A DNA stretch of 64,000 nt from positions 62,001 through 126,000 of the IMG/VR virus record IMGVR_UViG_3300043446_004613. One strand, 5' to 3'. How positions within the stretch are numbered: the stretch's first letter is position 1; each line of letters begins with the position of its first letter. Below, piece after piece: positions 17,538-26,712 of this stretch. The notes below the pieces were generated by a model. It was not told the origin of the DNA and searched no databases. It was given only the letters and a program-made list of their open reading frames with translations. Made by a program: the position numbers and the translations under genes.

Positions 17538-19877
17538 ATGGCGAACGAGACACTTCGCTACATAAAGTACGACTACCAAAGTCAGAAGGATGCGCTGTTA
17601 CAGCGGATTCGTGACCGGTGGCCGGGGCGCTGGAACGATTTTCTTGCCAACAGTCTTGGCATCGTGATCGTTGATGTCGTTGCGTGGTCACTCGCGACGC
17701 TGGCGTTCTTGGTCAATCGCGTTGCGGGCGAGCAGTATGTGCCTACGATGACGTTGCGGGAGTCGGCGGTGCGCATTGGAGCTTTAACCGGCTACCAGCT
17801 ACGCAGCGCTTTGCCTTCTACTGTCAGCTGCGAGGCGACGATCACGACACCGCAGCCTGCATCAATTACCATCTACAAAGGCACGCTGATCCGCAGTAGC
17901 GACAGCAAATCGCTGGCGTTTGAAGTTGTCAAAGACTACACGATTGCAGCGGGCGAGTACACGCCCAAGGCGCTGGTGGTTACGTTCAGCCCCAGTATTT
18001 CCGGTCAAAACGTTCTCAACACGTTTTTGCGCGTCACGAACGGTTCTTCGGCGGTGGACGAAGTAGACACGACAATCGATCTCTCACAGTACATCGAAAT
18101 CGGCCAGACGCTGTACATGCTGAATGACACCACCGGCTACACGATCCAGAACATCGAAACGGCTCCGGGAGGCGTCAACAATAATTCCCGTATTGTGCTG
18201 GATTCCCCTTGGACGGGTGACAGCGGTGTTATCGAAGCGCAGGTATTCGAGCAGCGCATCCAACTGGTGCAGGGTCAGACGGTAATCGACCGCTTCGTAG
18301 CTCCGGCGCAGACTACCGGCTATGCAGTGCGCTTGAGCCGTACACCTGTAATCGATGACTCGGTTCAAGTCAGTGTCAACGGCGAACCGTGGCAGCAGGC
18401 ATCTTCGGTCGGTGTGCAAGACGGAACCGCCACAGTTTTCCAAGTAAAGACCTACGTAAACGGCGAAACAGCCATCCTGTTTGGCGACGGTGTATTCGGT
18501 GCAGCCGTGCCTGCGGACGCTGCGATTACCGTGACCTACCGGATTGGCGGCGGTGTTGCGGGCAATATTCCGCTGAACACCATCAACACGTCTGTTACCG
18601 GACTGGTCACCAGCCTTTCAAACCCGGTATCGGTGCAGATCACCAATCAGGTCAGCACCGGCCAAGGCGGCAAAGAAGCGGAAACTCTGGATCAGGCCCG
18701 TGTTAACATCCCATACTACACGCGCACTAATGATCGGGCAGTTACGCTAAGCGATTACCAGACAATCGCTCAACAGTACAGTGATGCGCAGCTAGGTGCG
18801 GTAGCCTATGCGCGGGCCGTTGTCCGCACGGAAAACTCCCTGCTTGAAGGTAACGTCGTCAGTGTTTACGCGTGGACTACCGGTACCGATGGCGGCCTAG
18901 TCTCGCTGAACGCGCAGCTTAAAGTCGCACTGCGCTCCTATCTGCAAACAAAAGCAGTCGGCACCGATTTCGTTCAAATCTTAGACGGTACAAGTCGCCC
19001 GGTTCCGATCAGCTTGCGGTTCAAGACTGCCAGCGGTTTCGGGATCAGTGACACCAAATCGCTCATTATTGGCACCATCGACAAGTACATCACGTCGCTT
19101 CGGCCCGGTGATCCGGTCATCTACAGTGACCTCGTTTCCCAGTTGGATGGCGTGCTCGGTGTATCCAGCTTGATCATGGCTACACCGAACACTGACCTGT
19201 ATCCGTCAAACAGCACAGAATTATTCACGGTACCGCAAGATACGTTTGTTTACGCGCTCAGTAAAACAGCCAGCGGCTCTCCGATTGCCGACGGTAGCAG
19301 CCCCTATACGGTGCAGCTACCGGTATTCCCTGTTCAGACTTGGTCATTTAACCTGCTACTTGGCGGAAAAGAGATCAGCATCCTGCCTTACATCTATCAA
19401 GGTGCTGATGGTCGCGTGTTGGTTCAACAGAGCCGTTTGATTGGCGAAGACCTGAGCACGGAAGCAGTCAGCACGGTGAACCTCTTGACCGGGCAGGCGG
19501 TGCTGTACATCAAAGGCGCTCCCGGCGATCTGGTAATGGAACTGGTCACTGCTCAAGGCTACAGCGCAGACCGCGTAGTCAACCTGTACATTGGGTACAC
19601 GGGCGATACCAGCCAGACCAAGCGCCGCGAAATTCGCGCTGCGTTGCAGGCATGGAGTCAGGGCCTGTACATCGGCGGCGTCATTTACGCAAACGAAGTC
19701 GACGGTGTTGCGGCCTCGGTGGTGAACGTCAAAGACATGGTGGCGTCCATTCCCGGAATAACAGCCGTAAGCCGGGTGGCTTTGGATACCCCGGCAAACA
19801 CGCTTGAAAGGGTCACGGCATCGGACTACGAACTGTTGCGCGTTGGCCAGATTGTGCTTAACAACCAAGTTGATTGA
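17538..19877 (+). CDS. baseplate wedge protein (T4 gp6/Baseplate-J-like)
   Basis: YDYQS..DAL...W.DF...SLG..IVDV, YRIGGGVAGN, GGKEAETL...R, RAVTLSDY. Confidence 0.88.
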   Translation: MANETLRYIKYDYQSQKDALLQRIRDRWPGRWNDFLANSLGIVIVDVVAWSLATLAFLVNRVAGEQYVPTMTLRESAVRIGALTGYQLRSALPSTVSCEATITTPQPASITIYKGTLIRSSDSKSLAFEVVKDYTIAAGEYTPKALVVTFSPSISGQNVLNTFLRVTNGSSAVDEVDTTIDLSQYIEIGQTLYMLNDTTGYTIQNIETAPGGVNNNSRIVLDSPWTGDSGVIEAQVFEQRIQLVQGQTVIDRFVAPAQTTGYAVRLSRTPVIDDSVQVSVNGEPWQQASSVGVQDGTATVFQVKTYVNGETAILFGDGVFGAAVPADAAITVTYRIGGGVAGNIPLNTINTSVTGLVTSLSNPVSVQITNQVSTGQGGKEAETLDQARVNIPYYTRTNDRAVTLSDYQTIAQQYSDAQLGAVAYARAVVRTENSLLEGNVVSVYAWTTGTDGGLVSLNAQLKVALRSYLQTKAVGTDFVQILDGTSRPVPISLRFKTASGFGISDTKSLIIGTIDKYITSLRPGDPVIYSDLVSQLDGVLGVSSLIMATPNTDLYPSNSTELFTVPQDTFVYALSKTASGSPIADGSSPYTVQLPVFPVQTWSFNLLLGGKEISILPYIYQGADGRVLVQQSRLIGEDLSTEAVSTVNLLTGQAVLYIKGAPGDLVMELVTAQGYSADRVVNLYIGYTGDTSQTKRREIRAALQAWSQGLYIGGVIYANEVDGVAASVVNVKDMVASIPGITAVSRVALDTPANTLERVTASDYELLRVGQIVLNNQVD

Positions 19878-19878
19878 T

Positions 19879-20134
19879 ATGGTTTCACCTCAGATTAAAA
19901 AGCTTGTTGAGGATGAGTCTGTAGACGCGCAAGGCTACATCGATAGCACGCCCAATCCGTACGAGGTAGAAGTGCGCGTCTGGATAAAGTTTTCCGAACC
20001 GCTTGCTAACCGCGAAGTGGTTGCTGACCGCGTTAAAAGCTGCCCTAGCCGCTGAAATTGAAAGCGGTAATGGATTATCCGGTGACGAGAATGAAGCATA
20101 CACTGAGTCATTCACCGTCCAGCTTGTCGACTGA
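19879..20134 (+). pseudogene. small protein interrupted by an apparent 1-nt insertion (A4 run at 20035-20038)
   Basis: MVSPQIKKLVEDE...VADRVK continues as AALAAEIESG...VQLVD* if one A is removed; the stop then abuts the convergent gene at 20135. Confidence 0.55.
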
Positions 20135-20941
20135 TCACGGAAGTCTTCCAAACATCAACTCTTTGGGAATAGCTGTCGGCCCCTCGATATTACGGAACGC
20201 ACTTCCCGGCAATGATCGATTCTGCGGATAGCTGTAATCTCCAATCTGCACGAATAGCTGAGGGAAAAGATCACGATCAGTGTCAACGCTCTCGCCGAAT
20301 TGGCACGCTTCGCGGTATAGGCGATGACCGTACTTATGCGCCAGATTGGTCAGCATTGCTTGTTCACAGCGGTGCTCGTGAAAGCCTTCAACCTCCGGTG
20401 CCAGCACACTCGGATCAAACGTGTTGCAGCGAATGTCGAGCACGTAATGCTGCCACTCTGCAAGAAATGGTATGTGATCCTTTGTGAACGCCATGAAACG
20501 CGCAACAGCGTGCTGCTGGTCGTAGTATTTCGGCTCATCCTGCCCCATTAAGATGTAGCAGTCGCGTTTGCACCAGCGGCGCTGCCAGCAGCCGACTGCG
20601 GAAAACAGCATGATGCGCTCCCGTTCCGCTGTGTCGTAGATTACGGATAGATCGTGGATCGGATGAGTATCTCCGTCGACAAAAAGCACAACCGCATCCG
20701 GGTTGCGGAAGAGCGCGTCCATGATAACAAACGGTTTCCAGCTGAACCAGCCGTAGCCGCGAGTTTTTGGATGTGTAAAAAGCGGGTTAGCTTTAGCCAT
20801 GAACTCGGGACACGCAGTAGAGAGCCAGTGGTCATCGTAAACAGTAACTTGCTCGGCACCGAATTTTGGTGCGTTCTGAACGGCAAGACTTGTTGGGTTA
20901 TGGTAGCGCTGGCCGCTGAAAGTAATATAAATGCGTTTCAT
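20135..20941 (-). CDS. glycosyltransferase-like protein
   Basis: RGYGWFSWKPFVI, LFVDGD (DxD), HRCEQAMLT motifs. Confidence 0.65.
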   Translation of the reverse strand: MKRIYITFSGQRYHNPTSLAVQNAPKFGAEQVTVYDDHWLSTACPEFMAKANPLFTHPKTRGYGWFSWKPFVIMDALFRNPDAVVLFVDGDTHPIHDLSVIYDTAERERIMLFSAVGCWQRRWCKRDCYILMGQDEPKYYDQQHAVARFMAFTKDHIPFLAEWQHYVLDIRCNTFDPSVLAPEVEGFHEHRCEQAMLTNLAHKYGHRLYREACQFGESVDTDRDLFPQLFVQIGDYSYPQNRSLPGSAFRNIEGPTAIPKELMFGRLP

Positions 20942-21534
20942 CGTGACATAATTACATTCTCGGCGTTTTGTCCGATGGGACGAAAACCGTACTGTTCTGC
21001 AATTTGGCGCATCTCGTTGACATGCCCGTCATGCTCCACGCAGATTACACGTGTGGCGGTAAGCTGCGTCCACGGTAAAGCGCGGAACAAGTCGATGTTA
21101 ATGCTCTCGACGTCAATGTTTATGAATTCGTGTTGTGTACCGAATGATTCAAACAGCACCCCAAGCGGCATCGTGTATACCCAGTGCTTATTGAAGCGGA
21201 TGGTTGAACCAGCTTCCCATTTATCTTTATGCGCCGCGCTGACGCTTGATACGCCGTCACCGTTGCTATCATACCACGGACAGAGTGTTCCAGCAGTCCC
21301 CGGCGTTATGGCGGCATTGACGAGGGAGATTTTCGGGTTGTCCTTATGCAGTTCAGCCAAGCGGACAAAGACGCACGGTGATGGTTCAACGCATACCCCA
21401 GACCAGCCTAATTCGACCAAACGGTAAGTGTTGCTTAAAGCCTTGCCGTCAAACGCGCCAATGTCGAGAAAGCTGCCGGTGATACCTTCCAGTGCTTTGG
21501 TGATGATCTGCTCTTCGTTATTTTGTGAGTACAT
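20938..21534 (-). CDS. FkbM-family methyltransferase
   Basis: YSQNNEE, FLDIGAFDG..SNT, GVCVEP, FINIDVE. Confidence 0.85.
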   Translation of the reverse strand: MYSQNNEEQIITKALEGITGSFLDIGAFDGKALSNTYRLVELGWSGVCVEPSPCVFVRLAELHKDNPKISLVNAAITPGTAGTLCPWYDSNGDGVSSVSAAHKDKWEAGSTIRFNKHWVYTMPLGVLFESFGTQHEFINIDVESINIDLFRALPWTQLTATRVICVEHDGHVNEMRQIAEQYGFRPIGQNAENVIMSR

Positions 21535-21569
21535 GTTAAAAAGAACTTACTTTTTATTAAATTTTTATG

Positions 21570-21598
21570 TTTACGTTTGTTGTGCTACTGTCTACACT
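21570..21598 (+). promoter_or_regulatory. sigma70-type promoter, predicted leaderless transcript
   Basis: TTTACG-17 nt-TACACT; GTG start 6 nt after the -10 box. Confidence 0.55.
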
Positions 21599-21604
21599 CC
21601 TGAC

Positions 21605-22429
21605 GTGAATATCGAAACCCTTAAAGACCTGCTGGCCGTTCCAACGCTCAGCTACAAAGAACACGCGTTAGTGAACTGGCTGGTTCACTACATCACACAC
21701 AACATTCCCGGCTGCACCGTTACAATCGATCCCTATCGTAACGTGTACGTGCGCAAAGGTACGGCTAAACAGGCACCCTGCATCGGAGCGCACATCGACA
21801 GCGTCCAGCCGCTGCGCAAAGTCAAAATCGTACAGGAAGGTACGCGTATTATCGGTTATGCCGATAAAAATCGTCAAGTTGGTATCGGCGGTGATGACAA
21901 GGCGGGCGTTTTCGTGTGCCTTAACCTGCTTGAGCGCTTCAGTGACATCAGCGTGATCTTTTTCGCTACCGAGGAGTGCGGTTGCGTCGGCGCACGTAAT
22001 GTAGACCCTGAGTTTATTGCCGGAGTGGGATACTTGATCGAATACGACTGCCCCAGCCGTAACATGTTATCGTATTCCGTTGGCGGTACCCGCCTGTTCC
22101 AGAACCGGGGTGACTTTATTCAGACAGCTTTTCCTGTCCTTATGCGCCACGGCACCCAGCTATGGCAACGGCATCCGTACACCGATGTCATGGCCATCCG
22201 CCGGTTATTTCCGATCTCGTGCCTGAATCTGTCCTGTGGCTACTACAACTGGCACGCAGATAACGAGTTTGTCAGCCTGCCTGATGTTGACTTGGCCATC
22301 GCACAGGGCGAGGAGTTGATCGCTACACTGGGAAGTAAGGCATACCCTTGCCCGATCGACTTAGCGTTTGATACGGATGCGCCATTGACGCCGATTACAA
22401 GTCTGCACGTGCCAGACCCGCTATCGTAG
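21605..22429 (+). CDS. M28/M20-type zinc peptidase-like protein
   Basis: HIDSV, GGDDKAG, TEECG, EYD, WHADNE metal-ligand motifs; GTG start inferred. Confidence 0.8.
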   Translation: MNIETLKDLLAVPTLSYKEHALVNWLVHYITHNIPGCTVTIDPYRNVYVRKGTAKQAPCIGAHIDSVQPLRKVKIVQEGTRIIGYADKNRQVGIGGDDKAGVFVCLNLLERFSDISVIFFATEECGCVGARNVDPEFIAGVGYLIEYDCPSRNMLSYSVGGTRLFQNRGDFIQTAFPVLMRHGTQLWQRHPYTDVMAIRRLFPISCLNLSCGYYNWHADNEFVSLPDVDLAIAQGEELIATLGSKAYPCPIDLAFDTDAPLTPITSLHVPDPLS

Positions 22430-22441
22430 TTAAGGCTGCAC

Positions 22442-23290
22442 ATGTTTGAAGCTGCGTGGGTCATAAATAAATTCTGCAACATGGAGTGCTCGTACTGCAA
22501 CGCGCACAACGTGACGAAGCAACAGCAGATACCAGTCGACAGAATACTACGCTTTTTCAACAGTAAAGGGCGCAAGTGGCACATCAATATTGCGGGCGGT
22601 GAACCGTTTCTGTACCCGAAATTCAATGACCTATTGCACCGGCTTTGTGAAAACCACGAAGTCAGTATCATCACTAATCTGGATACGCCGCCCGTTCTTG
22701 ACTTCATTCAGACGCCACCTAAAAGCGTTCGGTACGTGATGGCCTCCCTGCATCTAGGCCAAAATCGGCGTCTGTCTGTGGATGAGTTTTGCGCCCGGAT
22801 AAAAGCTCTCAACCAAAAAGGTATTCACACGTTTGCGACGCAGGTCATCACACCAGAGGTATTCGATGCGTTTGACGGTGTGCTGAACGAATTCATATCC
22901 AAACACGGACTGGTGGTAGCCCCCAAGTGTCTGCGGGGTCTGCACGCTGGCAGTGTATATCCGGCAGCGTACACAACAGAACAAAGAGAAAAATTCTTGG
23001 AGTGGAGCCTGCTTGCGCAGCAAAGCCATAACGGGCAGCTGCACGATATGTCTGTTGATCGGGCATTTATCCACGGACGCGCTCCGTTTTTAGGCAAGCA
23101 CTGTCGGGCAGGTACGGACTTCATCCGCATACATGCAAGCGGCAAGATCACACGCTGCGGCGACAGTAACACTGTGATCGGAAACCTTTTGACGGGTGAG
23201 CTTCACCTAAAGGCGGAGCCTGCGCTGTGCGATATAAAAGACGCCTGTCCGTATTTTTGTTACCGGCACTCTTTACTGACAGCGCCGTAG
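22442..23290 (+). CDS. radical SAM protein with C-terminal Cys-rich (SPASM/twitch-like) domain
   Basis: CNMECSYC, GGEPF, C-terminal CRAG...RC...CD...C...C. Confidence 0.85.
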   Translation: MFEAAWVINKFCNMECSYCNAHNVTKQQQIPVDRILRFFNSKGRKWHINIAGGEPFLYPKFNDLLHRLCENHEVSIITNLDTPPVLDFIQTPPKSVRYVMASLHLGQNRRLSVDEFCARIKALNQKGIHTFATQVITPEVFDAFDGVLNEFISKHGLVVAPKCLRGLHAGSVYPAAYTTEQREKFLEWSLLAQQSHNGQLHDMSVDRAFIHGRAPFLGKHCRAGTDFIRIHASGKITRCGDSNTVIGNLLTGELHLKAEPALCDIKDACPYFCYRHSLLTAP

Positions 23291-23297
23291 TTAACAC

Positions 23298-24014
23298 GTG
23301 GATAACGATAATCCAGAAGCGTTTTTGGCGCACTTGCCGCCGACGAAAGAACTGCACGTACAAGAATTGCGACGCAACATGTTCAATTACGTGCAGGATT
23401 TCTTTTACGATAACGAGGAAGAAAGCGACGACGTTCGGATGTACACAGAAGACGGTGCTTACGTGAGGCAGGTTCCAAACAGCTACAACGGACGTGACAT
23501 CTACGTAGCTGTTCGCGACGATCATCCAAATCCCGAGCGCCGTCGGTCTGAAGTTGTGCTTACTGATCTTCAACACCGTACGATTACAACGTATAGACAC
23601 CACATCAGTTTTGCAGAAGCAGCTATGTCGGCGATAGCCCTTGCAGCGAAGCTGGAGAACGGCCAAGCTGAAATTGTAGGCCGAAACCGTTTAATCGTTC
23701 ACGAATCTATGATCACTGAAAGTAAACACAAAGCAGACTGCACCTGTGGTTTCTGTAAAAACAAAGGGAGCTTCGGCAAAAAAGAAAAGGCCGAAGCCAA
23801 GCCTGAGATGACCGCAGAAAGCGTTGTAGACACGCTTCTTGAAAACGATTACGCGCAGCGCATGAAAATCGGCGCGGACGTTGAAAGCGAACACACCAGT
23901 GATCCAAAAAAGAAGCGTAAAATTGCACGCGAGCACATGCGCGAGAATCCAAAGTACTATCCCAAGACGCCTAAGCCGAAGGGCGCTAAAGAAGCGTTGC
24001 GCTGGACAAAATAG
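23298..24014 (+). CDS. modular hypothetical protein with DUF5661-like C-terminal domain
   Basis: GADVESEHTSD...KIAREHMRENPKYY; internal CTCGFC; internal VVDTLLE. Confidence 0.7.
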   Translation: MDNDNPEAFLAHLPPTKELHVQELRRNMFNYVQDFFYDNEEESDDVRMYTEDGAYVRQVPNSYNGRDIYVAVRDDHPNPERRRSEVVLTDLQHRTITTYRHHISFAEAAMSAIALAAKLENGQAEIVGRNRLIVHESMITESKHKADCTCGFCKNKGSFGKKEKAEAKPEMTAESVVDTLLENDYAQRMKIGADVESEHTSDPKKKRKIAREHMRENPKYYPKTPKPKGAKEALRWTK

Positions 24015-24097
24015 TTAAGCACTTGGTCTGCCGTCAGCGTGTTAGTGCTGGCTGCTTCGACAGGTGCGAATACCAGCACGCGCTACTGACCGGTTGC

Positions 24098-24495
24098 TTA
24101 GACGGCTCTGATCGGGTGTTCCACAGGCCAGCGCTTTTCTAGTTCAATCAGGCGCTCTTTTAGACTGTACGGGCTGATTAACTCCTCAACACCTGTACCG
24201 TTTGTAGCGTGCTGATAGTAGTAGCGCAGCGAAGCAAGGTAGCAATGTCCGGGCGTACGTGCATATTTTGCACCTAAGCATACGGAAATCAACAAAGGGC
24301 AGCGTCCGTTTTGACCTCCTCTGTAGATCGTTTTTCCCAATCATCGTTTACATCATCGTACGCGTATCCCAGCGTTTTCAAGAGCATGCCGACATCAGGC
24401 AACTCATCAACATAGCGTGCCGGGTCATCGTCCATGCTGGAATCTTACAGCAGGCGAGCTACCGCACAGGCTGCACATGTCGCGGCGATACTCAT
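24098..24495 (-). pseudogene. interrupted LLE-leader family gene (in-frame TAA plus frame break)
   Basis: MSIAATCAACAVARLL-TAA-DSSMDDDPARYVDELPD; stop at 24445-24447; second break near 24290-24340. Confidence 0.5.
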
Positions 24496-24977
24496 TGAGG
24501 CGTCGGCGGTAGAGGTTTGTCAAACCAGACACGTGAACCATCGTTCAGTTCAACACCTAGCATGTGATCGCGGTATTTTCCGTGCAGGTCAGTAAAGCTG
24601 TAGCGCACTTCTTTTTCTTTTAGCGGGCCGCCGCAGTATTGACATTTTTCGCCAGTTTGTGGCTTTAACGCGTTGCATTGTGAATCGGCACAGACATGTA
24701 CCGTGTGTGTTTGCTTGTAATTGTCAGTACTGCCGATCTGCGCCCCGTAAATTCGGTGACTGACATCAGGCTTATCCACACCGATCCGCGCCAGCGCTCG
24801 TTCGTATCCGATGGATCGGCCCAGTTCAAGAAATAGCTCGTGCGCCTGCCGTTTCTTTTGCAGTAACTCATCGTAGGTTTGACCCGCTTTATCCCAGTGC
24901 TGTACGCGATTATACGCCTTCACGTGCTGGTTGAGGTCATTCTCCAGCAATCTGTCTACTATGTGTTTTGCAGTCAT
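24492..24977 (-). CDS. Zn-ribbon protein with IVDRLLE leader
   Basis: MTAKHIVDRLLEND; CADSQC...CQYC. Confidence 0.7.
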   Translation of the reverse strand: MTAKHIVDRLLENDLNQHVKAYNRVQHWDKAGQTYDELLQKKRQAHELFLELGRSIGYERALARIGVDKPDVSHRIYGAQIGSTDNYKQTHTVHVCADSQCNALKPQTGEKCQYCGGPLKEKEVRYSFTDLHGKYRDHMLGVELNDGSRVWFDKPLPPTPQ

Positions 24978-24980
24978 ATT

Positions 24981-25145
24981 CTAATTACCGTAGTATTCAA
25001 TCTCAAGCAGTTGGGCGACGAGCGAAGCGTCAGCTTGCCTGTCTTGGCGCGTGCGCCGGTCTGCCCACTTATGCTTGTGTGGTTTGCACATGGCGCAGCT
25101 ACAGCCCGGCTTGTTGGATAACTTTCGTTTAAGACGATTGTTCAT
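24981..25145 (-). CDS. small basic Cys/His protein (54 aa; not in ORF track)
   Basis: MNNRLKRKLSNKPGCSCAMCKPHKHKWADRRTRQDRQADASLVAQLLEIEYYGN; ATGA overlap with upstream gene. Confidence 0.65.
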   Translation of the reverse strand: MNNRLKRKLSNKPGCSCAMCKPHKHKWADRRTRQDRQADASLVAQLLEIEYYGN

Positions 25146-25552
25146 AGCGGCTCAATGGTTACCACGCCTTCCAGAGTGAAAATGTTCACGTGGATATGGT
25201 CGGCAGTAGCTAAAGTCGTATTACTGTATACAGGTTTAATTCCGTCGGCAACGGAGATTGTTATGTGTGGGTAGTCGTTTTCGCTTTCGACGCCGACAAG
25301 GGCCGCCTGCGCTTTACCGTCATCAGCGTAAGCTACGACAGGTATGTGTACGATTTCACCTTCAAGGTCACGGTATTTGGACAGAGTCGCTTCATCCGGG
25401 TCATAGGCCATCGTGACGTGATGCGCTATTACACGTTCCAGCGTCGGCGGGATGCGTCGCAAAAGCTCGGCACGGCTGGCCGGTGTCAGCACGGCACCGA
25501 CAAAGAGTCCGGTGCTTTCGAGCATCTGCTTTACAACATTCTGCGCGTTCAT
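25142..25552 (-). CDS. 2H phosphoesterase-family protein
   Basis: Two HxT motifs (AHHVTM, PHITIS). Confidence 0.72.
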   Translation of the reverse strand: MNAQNVVKQMLESTGLFVGAVLTPASRAELLRRIPPTLERVIAHHVTMAYDPDEATLSKYRDLEGEIVHIPVVAYADDGKAQAALVGVESENDYPHITISVADGIKPVYSNTTLATADHIHVNIFTLEGVVTIEPL

Positions 25553-25556
25553 GTCG

Positions 25557-25570
25557 TAACTACGTAGTTA
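25557..25570. promoter_or_regulatory. palindromic bidirectional motif TAACTACGTAGTTA between divergent genes
   Basis: Perfect 14-bp palindrome made of two back-to-back TAGTTA motifs; recurs at 41661. Confidence 0.7.
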
Positions 25571-26701
25571 ATGGATATGAGCGAAGAAAACTTAGACAGC
25601 TTTGATGTTGTTGTACCGGAAATTCCATTACCGGTAGCAGCAGAAACCGCAGACATTAAAGATGAATTCGAGGGCGGTTTCAAATTCGCTTTTATTGGCA
25701 GCGGCCAAGGCGGCGGGCGACTGGCACATACTTTCTGGAAGCTCGGCTACCGTCGCGTTTGCGCCGTCAACACCGCGTCGCAGGACTTGGCAACCTTGCC
25801 GTTGCCGGAGGCCAACAAGCTGTGTCTCGGCGATGCAGGCGGCGCAGGCAAGAATCCAGCGGTGGCCAAAGCCACGTTCAAAGAGCGCAAAGAGGACGTT
25901 CTCGATTTCATGCGTCGCTCATTCGGCCCCGGACTCGATCGCGTATTTGTCTGCGTTGGTGCGGGCGGAGGAACTGGCGCGGGTACGGCAGTGCAGCTTG
26001 TAGACACAGCCGTCGAACTTCAGAAATCGCTCAAGTGCAAGAGCGACAAGGTCGGCGTCATCGTAGCGCTGCCCAAGCTGGCCGAAGGCAAGAAGGTAGC
26101 CGCTAATGCGTACAACACGCTGAACGATCTTCTGTTCCTTGTTGAAAAGGAGGTCGTATCACCGTTGATTGTGGTTGATAACGAGAAGATTGGAACACTC
26201 TATCCGAATCTCGCTGTTGATCCATTTTGGGATACATCGAATACGAGCGTGTGCTCCCTGTTCCATCTGTTCAATACGATCTGCGTCAAAAACAGCAGCT
26301 ACACCAGTTTCGATCGCGCTGACTTGCTGACGGTACTCGACAGCGGCTTAATCACTTTTGGAGCCAATCCGGTTACTTCGTACAGCAGTGAAACGGACAT
26401 CAGCTATGCTGTTCGTAACAATCTGCGTAAGAACATTCTTACCGGCGGCATTGACCTCGCTACCGGGGACATTGCAGCCGCTGTGGTTATCGGCGGTGCC
26501 GAGATCATGAACTCAATGCCGCAGGCATATATCGAGCACGCGTTTGACCAGCTGAACCGCATGCTCAAAGCAGGCAGCACTGTTCATCGCGGCATCTACA
26601 AGGGCAACAAGAATAACCTAGTCGTGTATACGATGGTAGGCGGTTTGGCGAAGCCGAAAGAGAAACTGGCTGATCTCAAGCGTGTTGGCGACCTGATTTA
26701 G
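25571..26701 (+). CDS. tubulin/FtsZ-family GTPase (phage PhuZ/TubZ-like candidate)
   Basis: GSGQGGG, AVNT, GAGGGTGAG signature loop, VDNE, SFDRAD T7-like loop; no FtsZ C-terminal tail. Confidence 0.9.
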   Translation: MDMSEENLDSFDVVVPEIPLPVAAETADIKDEFEGGFKFAFIGSGQGGGRLAHTFWKLGYRRVCAVNTASQDLATLPLPEANKLCLGDAGGAGKNPAVAKATFKERKEDVLDFMRRSFGPGLDRVFVCVGAGGGTGAGTAVQLVDTAVELQKSLKCKSDKVGVIVALPKLAEGKKVAANAYNTLNDLLFLVEKEVVSPLIVVDNEKIGTLYPNLAVDPFWDTSNTSVCSLFHLFNTICVKNSSYTSFDRADLLTVLDSGLITFGANPVTSYSSETDISYAVRNNLRKNILTGGIDLATGDIAAAVVIGGAEIMNSMPQAYIEHAFDQLNRMLKAGSTVHRGIYKGNKNNLVVYTMVGGLAKPKEKLADLKRVGDLI

Positions 26702-26712
26702 TTCTTGAGGGA

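Noticed and set aside
25571-26701. Bacterial ftsZ, implying a cellular chromosome
   Set aside because: No C-terminal linker or peptide and no dcw context; flanked by phage-style genes and motifs
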